The notes: a model not told the origin generated them from the sequence alone. A DNA stretch of 64,000 nt from Patescibacteria group bacterium (GCA_028714455.1 JAQTMG010000001.1:64568-128567); one strand, 5' to 3'; counted from the stretch's first letter, positions 18,307 through 28,378 are shown. Numbers and translations are program-made.

Positions 18307-18508
18307 AAGGTTAGACCTTGCTTTTAGTCGGAAAAACCGAATAAAAGGCTTAATTTTTAACAAAATCCTCAAGATCAGAGGATGTCCGCTTTAAAACGGA
18401 TAGTATTATTATATCACACTCATACAAGTTGTCAATGCTAAAAATCCGAAAAACAAAAGAGAGGCGCGAAAATGCCTCTTTTTTATTAAAAAATCGAATT
18501 TTTAAAGT

Positions 18509-18850
18509 TTAGACCGCGGGTGTTGGAGCGGGCTGGGCCTCGGGTTTTGCCGCAGAATTAGCTTTTATCTTTTCCTGGCGCTTGCGAGATATTCTTGAGG
18601 CTTTTTTCTTTTTCCCCTCGACAATTCCTTTAGAAACTAACAAATTCCAAACCGTGCCGCTTGTCTGGGCGCCTTTAGAAAGCCAGTATTTTATTCTATC
18701 CGCGTCAAAATTAAGCTCTTTTGAGCGTGGATTATAGGTTCCCAGATTTTCAAGATATGAACCCCAGGGATCTTTGGTTTTTTCACAAACAATTAAGCGA
18801 AAAGTTGGTAATTTGGTCTTGCCCACTCTAGCTAACTTCAAACAAAGCAT
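18509..18850 (-). CDS. rpsP: 30S ribosomal protein S16
   Basis: LKLARVGK...FRLIV...ENLGTYNP...RIKYWLSKGAQ.S.TV.NL. Confidence 0.96.
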   Translation of the reverse strand: MLCLKLARVGKTKLPTFRLIVCEKTKDPWGSYLENLGTYNPRSKELNFDADRIKYWLSKGAQTSGTVWNLLVSKGIVEGKKKKASRISRKRQEKIKANSAAKPEAQPAPTPAV

Positions 18851-18990
18851 AATGAAAATTACTTAATATTTTTGTTTAGTAATATTATATTATAACATCC
18901 CGGCTCATTCGTCAATAGCTTTGTGTAAGGTAAGCCAAAAAACCATTGACATTTTTACTTTTTTATGATATAGTTTGGTATACTAAAAAT

Positions 18991-21057
18991 ATGAGAAAAA
19001 AAAGAAAAATTAATAAAATATTCTTGTCATTTTTTGCCTTTTTCCTAATAATTGCGCAATTTTTTTATTTTTGCGGCGAGGCAAGCGCCAAAGACACGGG
19101 CTATCCAAAATTGGCCAATTATTTCTTGGCCTGGGACGTCTATTTAGACGCCGACATCACCAATTTGGCTAGATGGGACCTGGTGATCTTAAGTCCCCAA
19201 TCAGTCGAAAGAAATCCCCAGCTAATTTCCAAGCTGAAGCAGAAAAACCCCAGTCTGAAAATATTGGCCTATGTTCCGATACAAGAGATAACTCACTCAA
19301 GCGATCTACTCGGCCAAACAAGTTTCTGGACGGAAATTTTCCAAAACGTAGACAAAAACGGCTGGTGGCTGGAAAATGCCGACGGCAGCCACGTCAACTT
19401 CTGGCCAGGCAACTGGTTTATAAACGCCTCGTCCATGGCGCCAAAAACAAACGGCACCAGCTGGCTCGACTATCTGCCTAATCTGGTCAATAAAAAATTT
19501 CTAAAAAATAATTTGTGGGACGGAGTTTTTTACGACAACGTCTGGTACGGCATCTCGTGGCTCAACCAACCCGTTGATCTAAACGGCGATGGCATCGCCG
19601 AGGATTCGCAGACGGTTGATAAATCATGGCAGACGGGCCTTAGCCAGATTTTAACAACCACCCGAAGCTTGGCGCCGAACAAAATTATCATGGCCAACAC
19701 CAATACTAATTTTTATAATAGTCTGCTTAACGGCCGAATGCTGGAAAATTTTCCGGCGCCAAGCGAAGGCGGCTGGAGAGGCTCGATGAATGATTATCTC
19801 GCCTCAAGCTTCCCGTATTCGCCCTCTGGTTTTATCGTCAACGGCACCACCAACAACTCGGGCGATCAGACGGACTATCAGCCATTTCGTTTTGGATTAA
19901 CCTCCGCTCTGATGGGCAATGGGTATTACACTTTTGATTTCGGCGACCAGGGTCACGATAGAATCTGGTGGTACGACGAATACAATTTTTATCTGGGCGA
20001 CTCCAAGTCAAGCCTAAAAAATCTTCTCGACCCAAATTCCAAAGACACCAAACCCAGTGTCTACCAGAGAGAATTTCAAAACGCTCTTGTCCTGGTTAAT
20101 TCCACCAACACCGATCAGAAAATAAATTTTGACGTTGAATACGAAAAAATTAAAGGAGCCCAGGATCCCGCCGTCAATAACGGCAGCGTCATCAAAAATA
20201 TTGAATTGGCGGCCAACGACGGCGTTGTCTTGCTGCGCCGAATCGAGGAGATAACCAACGACGCGTTTTATAATGGCTCTTTCATCCGCGTATTTAATAC
20301 CAACGGCGATTCTCTAAGAAATGGGTTTTTCCTTTATGAAAGTCAATTTCGCGGCAATAATGAAATAGAAAACAGCGACGTCAACGAGGATGGACAAAAT
20401 GAAACGATCGTGGCGGACGAAAGCAAAATCACCATCTACGATAAGGACCAAAACGTGGTTGCTTCTTTCTACCCTTATGGTACAAAATATAATAAGGGAA
20501 TAAATTTTGTCTTATCCGACATAAACGGCGATGACGATCTGGAAGTCATAACCGGTACGCTCCGAGGTTACGCGCCGCAAGTCAAGATTTTTTCTTACAC
20601 CGGCAAAGTTATCAATTCCGGTTTTTACGCTTACTCTAAAAATTTCCAAGGCGGCGTGAACGTGGCTGTCTGTGATTTAAACGGCAATGGCCAGAAAACC
20701 ATAGTGACTGGCGCCGGCTATAACGGCGGCTCGCTCGTTAAAACTTTTAACGCTAGCGGCAACTCTACCTCAAAAGGATTCTATGCGTACGCCAAGACGT
20801 TCATCGGCGGCGCCTATGTTGCCTGCGGCGACGTTAACGGGGATAATAAAGACGAGATCGTGACTGGCGCCGGGCAGGGAGGCAGCCCCCAAGTCCGTAT
20901 CTTTAATAATAAATTCCAGGCGATCGGCAAAAGCTTTTGGCCGTTTGAAAAGTCAGCCAGAAACGGTGTCCGCGTGATTGCCAATGATCTTGACGGCAAC
21001 GGCCAAGCGGAAATTCTGGCCGCCACTCCCTACACCTTTACCACCTCTCTGAAATAA
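18991..21057 (+). CDS. secreted putative glycoside hydrolase (TIM-barrel-like) with C-terminal FG-GAP/VCBS repeats
   Basis: Signal/TM; LARWDLVIL, WDGVFYDN, LNGRMLENF, RFGLTSALM, WYDEY, VYQREFQN; repeated GD.NGD...EI.TGAG.GG.P.V. Confidence 0.75.
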   Translation: MRKKRKINKIFLSFFAFFLIIAQFFYFCGEASAKDTGYPKLANYFLAWDVYLDADITNLARWDLVILSPQSVERNPQLISKLKQKNPSLKILAYVPIQEITHSSDLLGQTSFWTEIFQNVDKNGWWLENADGSHVNFWPGNWFINASSMAPKTNGTSWLDYLPNLVNKKFLKNNLWDGVFYDNVWYGISWLNQPVDLNGDGIAEDSQTVDKSWQTGLSQILTTTRSLAPNKIIMANTNTNFYNSLLNGRMLENFPAPSEGGWRGSMNDYLASSFPYSPSGFIVNGTTNNSGDQTDYQPFRFGLTSALMGNGYYTFDFGDQGHDRIWWYDEYNFYLGDSKSSLKNLLDPNSKDTKPSVYQREFQNALVLVNSTNTDQKINFDVEYEKIKGAQDPAVNNGSVIKNIELAANDGVVLLRRIEEITNDAFYNGSFIRVFNTNGDSLRNGFFLYESQFRGNNEIENSDVNEDGQNETIVADESKITIYDKDQNVVASFYPYGTKYNKGINFVLSDINGDDDLEVITGTLRGYAPQVKIFSYTGKVINSGFYAYSKNFQGGVNVAVCDLNGNGQKTIVTGAGYNGGSLVKTFNASGNSTSKGFYAYAKTFIGGAYVACGDVNGDNKDEIVTGAGQGGSPQVRIFNNKFQAIGKSFWPFEKSARNGVRVIANDLDGNGQAEILAATPYTFTTSLK

Positions 21058-21066
21058 TTTTTTCAC

Positions 21067-22878
21067 ATGGAAAAAGAAAAAAAAGAAATCATCGCGGTGA
21101 ACCCAAAACCGATTACAGAAAAAACCGAGCAAACCAAGCCCGGGGGTGTTACCATTAAAAAAGTCGGCAATCTTACTTTCAACATATTTACTGACAAAAT
21201 CAGAAAGCGTTACCAAAAACATTACCTGTCAGACAAAACGCACCTAATCATAGATGGCATTTTTGCCTTGATCATTATCCTACTGCTCGGCTCACTGGTT
21301 AACCTCTGGCTTTTTAGCAGAACAAAACTCATTAATTTGATGGATTTTAAAGTCAGCTCCGTGCCCGAGATTCTGATCAACGGCCAGAACGCGCAATTTC
21401 AAATTAATTTTACCAACACGACCGGTGATGAACTGAAAGAGGCGGTGCTTATTTTAAAACTGCCTGATAGCCTAAAAAATCCGCAATTCGATTCTGCTAA
21501 CTTTGATTTAAAGACGCACTCGCTGAAAATCGGCGACATAAGTGGACACGGCAGCGGAGAGCTTAAAGTCAGCGGCTTGCTGCTCGGCAATCTCGGCTCG
21601 AAACAAGAATTTCTGGCGGTGATTAATTACAAAAATAAGTACGGCCAAGATCGGCAGGAATTTTTTAGCCAGACTCTTTGGCTCACGCAATCGGTTATAG
21701 AGACAAAAATCACTCTGCCCGCTAAAATCACGGCCACCTCTCCTTTTGAAGGCGATATCTTTGTGAAAAATAACGCCGATTCAAATTTTAAAGATTTCAA
21801 GCTTAAGCTAATCGGTCCGACCGGGTTCAGATTAATCAAGCCGGATCTCAACGACCAAAGCGATTTAAGCTGGGCCATTAATCCGACCACGCAAGGTGAA
21901 AATTTTAAATTCAATGGAAAAACATACGCCGAGAAACCACAACCCCTGAATCTGCGCGATGAAATCTACGCCACTTACCAGGGCCAAGAGTATTTGCTGG
22001 CCGAGGGTACGGCTTCTGCGCCGGTAGAATTTTCGAAATTTATTTTGGATTTTTCCAACCCGGAAAAAAATGCGTTTGCCAAACCCGGCGATACCATAAC
22101 CTATAACGTGCACTACAAAAACACTGAAAATTTTACGCTCAATAACGTCGTGCTTGGTCTAGAACTTAGTGGCGACTATGCTGATTCTACCAGTCTCAAA
22201 AATAAATCCGTTGGTTCCATCGCGCCCGGTCAAGAAGGTATGCTGGAAATTTCAACCGGCCTTAAGCCCACCATAAACTTCAGCACATTTAACGAGTCTG
22301 GTTACAACATAGAAGCCAGAATCGTCGCCAGTTTTGATCAGGAGGGTGCGGCCACTTCTTTAGAAAGCCTGCCCCTGGTTACAAAATTGAGTTCGAGATT
22401 AAGCCTGGACACGGACACATTATTCTTTACTTCAGAGGGAGACCAGATCGGAGTCGGCTCGGTACCGCCCAAAGTCGGCGAGTACACTTCCTACTGGGCG
22501 GTCATCAAAGTTACGAATACCAATAATAAAGTTCAAAACGTCAAGGTGTTCGCCCAGATTCCCGACGGCGTCGAATTCACGAAAATCTATAACGTGACCG
22601 CCGGCAACCAAATCATCTATAACAAAGAAACTAACCAGCTTGAGTGGCAGATTGAGGAAATACCCGCTCTGGCAGGCCTTTATAATCCAGCGCCAGAAGC
22701 GAGAATCCAACTGGCCATCACGCCCACCAGCGACCAAGTCGGCACCAGCCCGCTTTTGCTCTCCAACATCTCTGCCAGCGGCACAGATGAAGTAACCGGC
22801 TATTTGTTAACCGCGGTCGGCGCCAGCGTCAGCACAATAATTTCCAGCGATCCAACTCTAAACGAAGTGATCCAATAA
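21067..22878 (+). CDS. membrane-anchored multi-Ig-like (DUF11-like) surface protein
   Basis: Single TM, then beta-sandwich repeats (PGDTITYNVHYKN; G..PPKVGE.T.YW). Confidence 0.7.
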   Translation: MEKEKKEIIAVNPKPITEKTEQTKPGGVTIKKVGNLTFNIFTDKIRKRYQKHYLSDKTHLIIDGIFALIIILLLGSLVNLWLFSRTKLINLMDFKVSSVPEILINGQNAQFQINFTNTTGDELKEAVLILKLPDSLKNPQFDSANFDLKTHSLKIGDISGHGSGELKVSGLLLGNLGSKQEFLAVINYKNKYGQDRQEFFSQTLWLTQSVIETKITLPAKITATSPFEGDIFVKNNADSNFKDFKLKLIGPTGFRLIKPDLNDQSDLSWAINPTTQGENFKFNGKTYAEKPQPLNLRDEIYATYQGQEYLLAEGTASAPVEFSKFILDFSNPEKNAFAKPGDTITYNVHYKNTENFTLNNVVLGLELSGDYADSTSLKNKSVGSIAPGQEGMLEISTGLKPTINFSTFNESGYNIEARIVASFDQEGAATSLESLPLVTKLSSRLSLDTDTLFFTSEGDQIGVGSVPPKVGEYTSYWAVIKVTNTNNKVQNVKVFAQIPDGVEFTKIYNVTAGNQIIYNKETNQLEWQIEEIPALAGLYNPAPEARIQLAITPTSDQVGTSPLLLSNISASGTDEVTGYLLTAVGASVSTIISSDPTLNEVIQ

Positions 22879-22971
22879 AATAAAAACTGGGCGTTCGCCT
22901 GGTTTTTTATTTGTTCGCCATTGACTTAAAATAAAAAATCGCCTAGAATATCTATATTATTCGTATATTCG

Positions 22972-22991
22972 CCTGCCGGCCGGCAGGCAGG
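22972..22991. mobile_element. minimal CAGG-footed palindrome
   Basis: CCTGCCGGCCGGCAGG perfect palindrome plus CAGG, inserted in a TTCG|TA repeat unit. Confidence 0.65.
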
Positions 22992-23015
22992 TAAAAAATT
23001 CGTAATTCGTAAATA

Positions 23016-23126
23016 ATGAAAAATTATTCACAAAAAACTAATAAAAAAATGACGCGCTTTCGCACGCCCAGCACCTTTCGCGCCAATTTCAAACTCGTCA
23101 AAAGGCAAAAAATTCAAAATCCCTAA
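23016..23126 (+). CDS. 36-aa basic small ORF upstream of tig
   Basis: MKNYSQKTNKKMTRFRTPSTFRANFKLVKRQKIQNP, downstream of a TTGACT-17-TAGAAT promoter (22921-22949). Confidence 0.35.
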   Translation: MKNYSQKTNKKMTRFRTPSTFRANFKLVKRQKIQNP

Positions 23127-23162
23127 TTCATAATTCTTAATTCATATTTCATAATTCAAATT

Positions 23163-24485
23163 ATGCAGTACAAATACGAAATCAAAAAATTGCCTAAAAG
23201 TCAGCTCGAGATCAAGGTAACAATTCCGGCCAAAGAGCTGGAACCATTTTTTAATAAAGCCGTAGAAACTCTTTCGGCCCAAACCAAAATCGACGGTTTT
23301 AGACCAGGCAAGGTGCCGCTGGAGATGTTGAAAAAAAAAGTGGGTGAGATGAAAATCTACGAAGAAGCAGCCGCGCTGGCCACGGAAAAATCATATGTTG
23401 AAATCGCTGCCAAGGAAAAATTTGAGCCGCTTGGCTCACCCAAAGTTGATTTTGAAAAGCTGGCGCCTGATAATGATTTTGTCTACAAGGCAGTCGTTGA
23501 TTTGATGCCAGAGATAAAGGTAGGCGATCTAAAATCAATTAAGGTTAAAAAAAAAGAAATTAATATCACTGATAAAGAAGTAGATAAGGTAATTAATGAT
23601 TTAAGAAAAATGCGCGCCACTGAAGTTTTGGAAAATAAAAAAGCCGAAGTCGGCGATAAAGTTGAAATCGACTTTGATATTTTACGCGACAATGTACCGA
23701 TTGAAAACGGCGCCCAGAAAAAATATCCGGTCATGATCGGCGAAAACCAATTTATCCCAGGCTTTGAAGAAAATCTAATCGGCTTGGAAGCGAACGGGGA
23801 AAAAGAATTTGAATTAAAGTTTCCAGAAAAATATCATAACAAAAATCTGGCCGGCCAAGTAGCGAAGTTCAAAGTTAAAATGCTAGCCGTCTATAAAAGA
23901 AATATCCCCGAACTTAATGATAAATTTGCCGAGACCTTGGGCATGAAAACCGTGGCTGATTTGAAAAAACAAATTGAGCATAATCTGGAGCACGAAGAGC
24001 ATCACAAAGAAGAGGAAAGAGTTGAGACAGAACTTTTAGACAAACTGATTGATAAGTCGCAAGTCGGCGATATACCCGACGTTCTAGTTGACGGGGAAGC
24101 CGCTAAGATGGTTCAAGAATTGCAAAGTAATGTGGCCACACAGGGATTAAAATTCGAAGACTACTTAAAGCACCTAAATAAAACTCCGGAGCAGTTGAAG
24201 CTCGATTTCGTGCCACAGGCCATCCGGAGAATAAAAGCGGCGCTAATCACTCGCGCCATATTCTTCAGAGAAAAACTGGAAATATCAGAAAGCGATCTTG
24301 AACGCGAGATCGAAGCTATGAGTCGTTATTACCAAAATAATCCTGAAATAATTAAGAGCTTAAAAACCCCAGAATATCGCGATTACATTAGAAACATCAT
24401 TGGCAACCGCAAGGTCATGGATTATCTCAAAGCGCTGTGTGTGGAAAGGCCAGAAAAGAACGGCAAAATTGAACATAATCACTAA
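23163..24485 (+). CDS. tig: trigger factor
   Basis: GFRPGKVP ribosome-binding motif; FKBP domain FIPGFEENLIG...FPEKYH..LAG. Confidence 0.97.
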   Translation: MQYKYEIKKLPKSQLEIKVTIPAKELEPFFNKAVETLSAQTKIDGFRPGKVPLEMLKKKVGEMKIYEEAAALATEKSYVEIAAKEKFEPLGSPKVDFEKLAPDNDFVYKAVVDLMPEIKVGDLKSIKVKKKEINITDKEVDKVINDLRKMRATEVLENKKAEVGDKVEIDFDILRDNVPIENGAQKKYPVMIGENQFIPGFEENLIGLEANGEKEFELKFPEKYHNKNLAGQVAKFKVKMLAVYKRNIPELNDKFAETLGMKTVADLKKQIEHNLEHEEHHKEEERVETELLDKLIDKSQVGDIPDVLVDGEAAKMVQELQSNVATQGLKFEDYLKHLNKTPEQLKLDFVPQAIRRIKAALITRAIFFREKLEISESDLEREIEAMSRYYQNNPEIIKSLKTPEYRDYIRNIIGNRKVMDYLKALCVERPEKNGKIEHNH

Positions 24486-24651
24486 TCTTAGCAAAAAAAA
24501 TCCCGTCAACGCGGAATTTAGTTGCCACTATCTATTGACAAAATTAAAAAAATATGCTATTATATTATTATTAGAATAACGATTCTTTAAAAATAAAGGT
24601 TCTATCGGTCGGATATATACACGCTCAAAAAACCCAAAAAGGAGGGTAAAA

Positions 24652-25056
24652 ATGTCAAAGGTGAAAGAGGTACTTAAGAAGCTTAAGGACTTCGAGAATG
24701 CGGCGGCCTGTGTGGTGATCATCTTGGCGTTAGTCTGCTTCGGGGCGATCCTGCATACCAAGCTGTCGAACCAGCCGAGCCAAGAGCTTTCCGAAATCCC
24801 CCTCGTCACGCGACCCATTTCGGAAAAAATGGGGTTAGTCGAGGGCAGACCGCAATCACTGGACAATCACACGCTACTCTATGTTGTCAGGGTCATGCTG
24901 GATGATGGCAGCATGGTACCGGCACTGGTGGTCAACCCGTACGACCCCCAAAACCCGAAAGTGTTTTCTGGACAAAAAATCAAAGTCAGGTGCAAGTCGT
25001 ATGGCTATGGAGAAAACCATCTGGCTCATGAAACGTGCTTGATCATACAATACTGA
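24652..25056 (+). CDS. hypothetical single-TM protein
   Basis: AAGGAGGG SD, TTGACA-17-TATTAT promoter (24535-24563), terminator at ~25072-25110. Confidence 0.7.
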   Translation: MSKVKEVLKKLKDFENAAACVVIILALVCFGAILHTKLSNQPSQELSEIPLVTRPISEKMGLVEGRPQSLDNHTLLYVVRVMLDDGSMVPALVVNPYDPQNPKVFSGQKIKVRCKSYGYGENHLAHETCLIIQY

Positions 25057-25132
25057 ACCTAAATATAACAACAAACCGCCAACAGCAATGCTGGCGGTTT
25101 TTTCTTTTTCAAAAAATAAATGCTAAACTTAA

Positions 25133-25186
25133 GTTAGTTAATTAGTTAATTAGTTTATTAGTTAATTAGTTTATTGGTTATTAGTA
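25133..25186. repeat. 8-bp tandem repeat (TTAGTTAA/TTAGTTTA)
   Basis: About six degenerate units directly upstream of the phosphoesterase start. Confidence 0.7.
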
Positions 25187-25192
25187 TTTTTT

Positions 25193-25696
25193 ATGAAAAT
25201 TGCAATCATATCCGACTCCCACGACAATTGGCCAGACATTGAAAAAGCCATCAAATATATAAATAAATTAAAAATCCGCACCATTATTCACTGCGGTGAT
25301 GTTTGCGCCCCGGCGGTTTTGGCGGCCATGGCGAAAATATTTAAGGGAGATGAATTACATTTGGTAAAAGGCAATGTCGATGGCGACATCGAAGGATTCA
25401 AAAGAAAAATTAAAGAAAACTCGAAAATTATTTATCATGGCAATACTGGCAAATTGGAAATTGATGGACTAAAAATAGTTTTTTGTCATGATCCCTTTGT
25501 GGCCAAAAAAATGGCTGACTCACAAAGATATGATTTTGTTTTTTACGGTCACACGCACAGACCTTGGCACGAAAAAATTGGCAAAACAGAAATGCTAAAC
25601 CCCGGTACGTTGGCTGGTTTGTTTTATAAAGCGACTTTCGCTATCTTTGACACTGAAACAAGAAAAGCCAAACTGATACTTTTGGAAAAAATTTAA
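25193..25696 (+). CDS. YfcE/MJ0936-family metallophosphoesterase
   Basis: ISDSHDN, HCGD, VKGNVD, FYGHTH, LNPG motifs. Confidence 0.92.
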   Translation: MKIAIISDSHDNWPDIEKAIKYINKLKIRTIIHCGDVCAPAVLAAMAKIFKGDELHLVKGNVDGDIEGFKRKIKENSKIIYHGNTGKLEIDGLKIVFCHDPFVAKKMADSQRYDFVFYGHTHRPWHEKIGKTEMLNPGTLAGLFYKATFAIFDTETRKAKLILLEKI

Positions 25697-25699
25697 AAA

Positions 25700-25960
25700 G
25701 AAAAAGAGGACGCAGCGGCGTCCTCTTATAATTTTATTACCGTGATCATCTTTCGCAGATGCTGAATCGAGATTACTCGCTTTGAGCCAGTGTGCGGCTC
25801 CGGAAATCTTCTCCTTAGGCGAATATTCGATTGCTCCGTAAAACATGACCGCAGTAATCGCGTAAGGTATTATTGCCTCGTTTCTTCAGATCTTAAAGAA
25901 GAAACTTTAATCTGGCAACGGCCCAATCTGTGGCGTTTAGATCAGGCACAACCTTACCAT
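25700..25960 (-). ncRNA. candidate structured non-coding RNA of unknown family
   Basis: Promoter TTGACG-16-TATAAT (25967-25994), terminator 25704-25727, no credible ORF, at least seven nested helices. Confidence 0.55.
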
Positions 25961-26104
25961 AATTATATTATACTAAATAAAATTTAACCGTCAAGCCATT
26001 ATCCACAAGTCTGGCCCAAACTCACGCGTGTATTTTTAGATTAAAGCTTTATTCTCTAAATCTGGTATAATATAAGTGGAAATTAAATCTTCTTAGCAAA
26101 AAAT

Positions 26105-26557
26105 ATGAATGACACACTATTAATCACTCTGCAATTACTTCTCGCCATTTTTCTGGGCGGCCTAATCGGCGTGGAAAGAGAAACCCTGGGCAAACCGGCC
26201 GGTTCCAGAACCTATGCCCTGATCGCGCTCGGTTCAGCGCTCTTTACGATTCTATCGGTCAAGGGTTTCTGCCAATACCCGAACGCCGTGCCAACCGCGC
26301 TGGTCAGCCAGATTATTATTGGCATTGGTTTTATCGGCGCCGGCTTAATAATTTTCCATCGACAGCACATCGAGGGGATAACTACGGCTTCCGGCCTCTG
26401 GGCCACGGCCGCCGTAGGTATCGCCATCGGTATCGGCTGGTACTATGTGGCCATTATCACCTCGGTCATGATTTTCCTTTTACTCTACATCGTCAGAAAG
26501 GTTGAATTCGAAAGGCACAAGAAAAAAACTCTCTGGTCGCTTTTTGAAAAAAAGTAA
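26105..26557 (+). CDS. MgtC/SapB family membrane protein
   Basis: LGGLIGVERE...KPAGSRTY.L...GIGFIGAG.I...GITTASGLWATAAVG. Confidence 0.93.
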   Translation: MNDTLLITLQLLLAIFLGGLIGVERETLGKPAGSRTYALIALGSALFTILSVKGFCQYPNAVPTALVSQIIIGIGFIGAGLIIFHRQHIEGITTASGLWATAAVGIAIGIGWYYVAIITSVMIFLLLYIVRKVEFERHKKKTLWSLFEKK

Positions 26558-26561
26558 AAGC

Positions 26562-27179
26562 ATGGCCATTATTTTAAAAATCAATTTTGAAAAACCCGAG
26601 CGTGAAAAAATCGGAAAAGTCGTTGAGGTGTTGAAAGCCGGCGGTATTATAGTTTATCCGACTGACACGATTTACGGACTCGGCTGCGACATCTTCAAAA
26701 AGCAAGCCGTTGAAAAAATTTACCAGCTCAAGGGTCGAGCACGTAAAAAACCATTGAGTATCATCTTCGCCGATATCAAAGAAGTAGCCAAATACTGTAT
26801 CATCCAGGATTACGCCTATCGGCTGATGAACAAGGTTCTGCCCGGACCCTACACATTTATTCTCAAGGCGCGCAATGCCATGCCCAAAACGTTTTTGCCG
26901 AAAAATAGAACCGTGGGTGTGCGCATACCCAACAATCAAATCTGTCTGGAGATTGTCAAAGCCTTGGGCAACCCGATTATCACCACCAGTTTAAATATAT
27001 CAGGCGAAGATGTCATGTCCGATCCCAAACAGCTCTCCAAAGAAATGAGCAACAAGATTGAAATAATTATTGACAACGGCCCGCTGGCGCTTGAGCCATC
27101 GTCCGTGATTGATTTAAGCGGCGACAAACCAGAGGTGCTGCGCCGAGGCTTAGGCGAGCTAAATCTTTTCCAATATTAA
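26562..27179 (+). CDS. L-threonylcarbamoyladenylate synthase (Sua5/YrdC/YciO family)
   Basis: YPTDTIYGLGC, KGR...KPLS, LPGPYTFIL, VGVRIP, PIITTSLNISG; ATG at 26562. Confidence 0.93.
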   Translation: MAIILKINFEKPEREKIGKVVEVLKAGGIIVYPTDTIYGLGCDIFKKQAVEKIYQLKGRARKKPLSIIFADIKEVAKYCIIQDYAYRLMNKVLPGPYTFILKARNAMPKTFLPKNRTVGVRIPNNQICLEIVKALGNPIITTSLNISGEDVMSDPKQLSKEMSNKIEIIIDNGPLALEPSSVIDLSGDKPEVLRRGLGELNLFQY

Positions 27180-27180
27180 T

Positions 27181-27459
27181 ATGAAAAAAACCATAACCAT
27201 TATAATCATCTTTTTAATAATCGCGGCTGGCGTGGCTCTGTCGTTTTCTTATTTTTTTAATCCCCAAAAAGTTGTGACCCAGAGATTTAGTGAATGCGTC
27301 CTACTCCAGGACACAAAAAACGGCACGGTCGGCTGTTTCGGCTGCGCTAACGAGATTTGCAAAGACGCGCCCGAAGGCTGGGTTTTGTATAAAAAGCCGC
27401 AGGTGGGCATTCCTTACGCCTGCAACCCGACACCAGACGGCTGCGTACTTGTCCAATAA
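27181..27459 (+). CDS. small membrane-anchored cysteine-rich protein
   Basis: N-terminal TM, six Cys (GCFGCANEICKD...YAC...GC). Confidence 0.7.
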   Translation: MKKTITIIIIFLIIAAGVALSFSYFFNPQKVVTQRFSECVLLQDTKNGTVGCFGCANEICKDAPEGWVLYKKPQVGIPYACNPTPDGCVLVQ

Positions 27460-27460
27460 A

Positions 27461-27691
27461 ATGTCTGATAAAATTTTAAACATAAAAGTAATCCCCAACG
27501 CCAAGGTCAATAAAATTTCGGCCGAAGATGGCGTTTTTAAAATAAAGATTTGTGCGCCGGCTCATGAAGGCAAAGCCAACAAGGCGCTCATTAAATTTCT
27601 AAGCGAACACTTCGGCGTCCCTAAAAGCAAAATTAAGATCATCTCCGGTGAAAAAGCCAGGGATAAAAAAGTGAGACTAGCTGGATCTTGA
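27461..27691 (+). CDS. DUF167 (YggU/UPF0235) protein
   Basis: IKVIPNAK...APAHEGKANKALIKFLSEHFGVPKS.I.IISGEKARDK; ATG at 27461. Confidence 0.92.
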   Translation: MSDKILNIKVIPNAKVNKISAEDGVFKIKICAPAHEGKANKALIKFLSEHFGVPKSKIKIISGEKARDKKVRLAGS

Positions 27692-27813
27692 CAAAAAAAT
27701 AAAATAATAATAATCTAAGTGTATCTTTTGGGAAAAGGTATTTTATGGTGAGCCGGGGATACTAAACATGGATCTTTCAAAAAAGTCCTCAAAATGAGGC
27801 GGGGAGGAGCAAG

Positions 27814-28218
27814 ATGAAGAGATTGTTTGTGTTTTTGATCATGATCCTGGCGCTGACGATGCTAATGCCCACGAAGAGCAAGGCGTTCAATGACGAGAAC
27901 ACGGGCCAGCAGACCATCGCGATGACGACTTCCGGCGACCTGTCCAGCTCCCTCGCAGTGGCGGGCATGGACCAAGCCAACTTCCAGAACACGGATATTA
28001 TCCTGGGAGATCCCACGGATATCGCGAACTTGCCGGACGCGAAGATTCTGATGACGAAGACGGAGAAAAGCGTGTTCGAGCAAACGGTCGAGACGACCAG
28101 TTACAAGACCTTCGGTCTCAACACCGGCCAAATGATTATCGTGGCCCAAAATCATGACCAGCAGACCCGCCAATACGCGGAAGAAACCTGGACAAGCTGC
28201 GGCAACCACTCGCCCTAA
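27814..28218 (+). CDS. hypothetical secreted protein
   Basis: Signal peptide, GGAGGAG SD, GC-rich codons, terminator 28241-28272. Confidence 0.7.
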   Translation: MKRLFVFLIMILALTMLMPTKSKAFNDENTGQQTIAMTTSGDLSSSLAVAGMDQANFQNTDIILGDPTDIANLPDAKILMTKTEKSVFEQTVETTSYKTFGLNTGQMIIVAQNHDQQTRQYAEETWTSCGNHSP

Positions 28219-28378
28219 TCTTACTACCAACAAAAACATCGAGGCGGCTCGCCAAGAGCCGCCTCTTTTTTATTGACAAATTCCTTATTAAATAATAAGA
28301 TGCCGAGTACTTGATGTTTAAAAAAATAAAAAACGTTAAATTTCGAGCGTCTCGAAAAAACGAGACAAGGGAGGTAAC

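Noticed and set aside
25133-25186. CRISPR array
   Set aside because: An 8-bp tandem repeat without spacers. No cas genes or repeat-spacer pattern were seen anywhere in the window.
25595-25987. ORFs 25595-25846 (-) and 25790-25987 (+)
   Set aside because: The first runs through a terminator into the convergent phosphoesterase gene. The second has no SD and overlaps the opposite-strand promoter. A structured RNA explains the region better.
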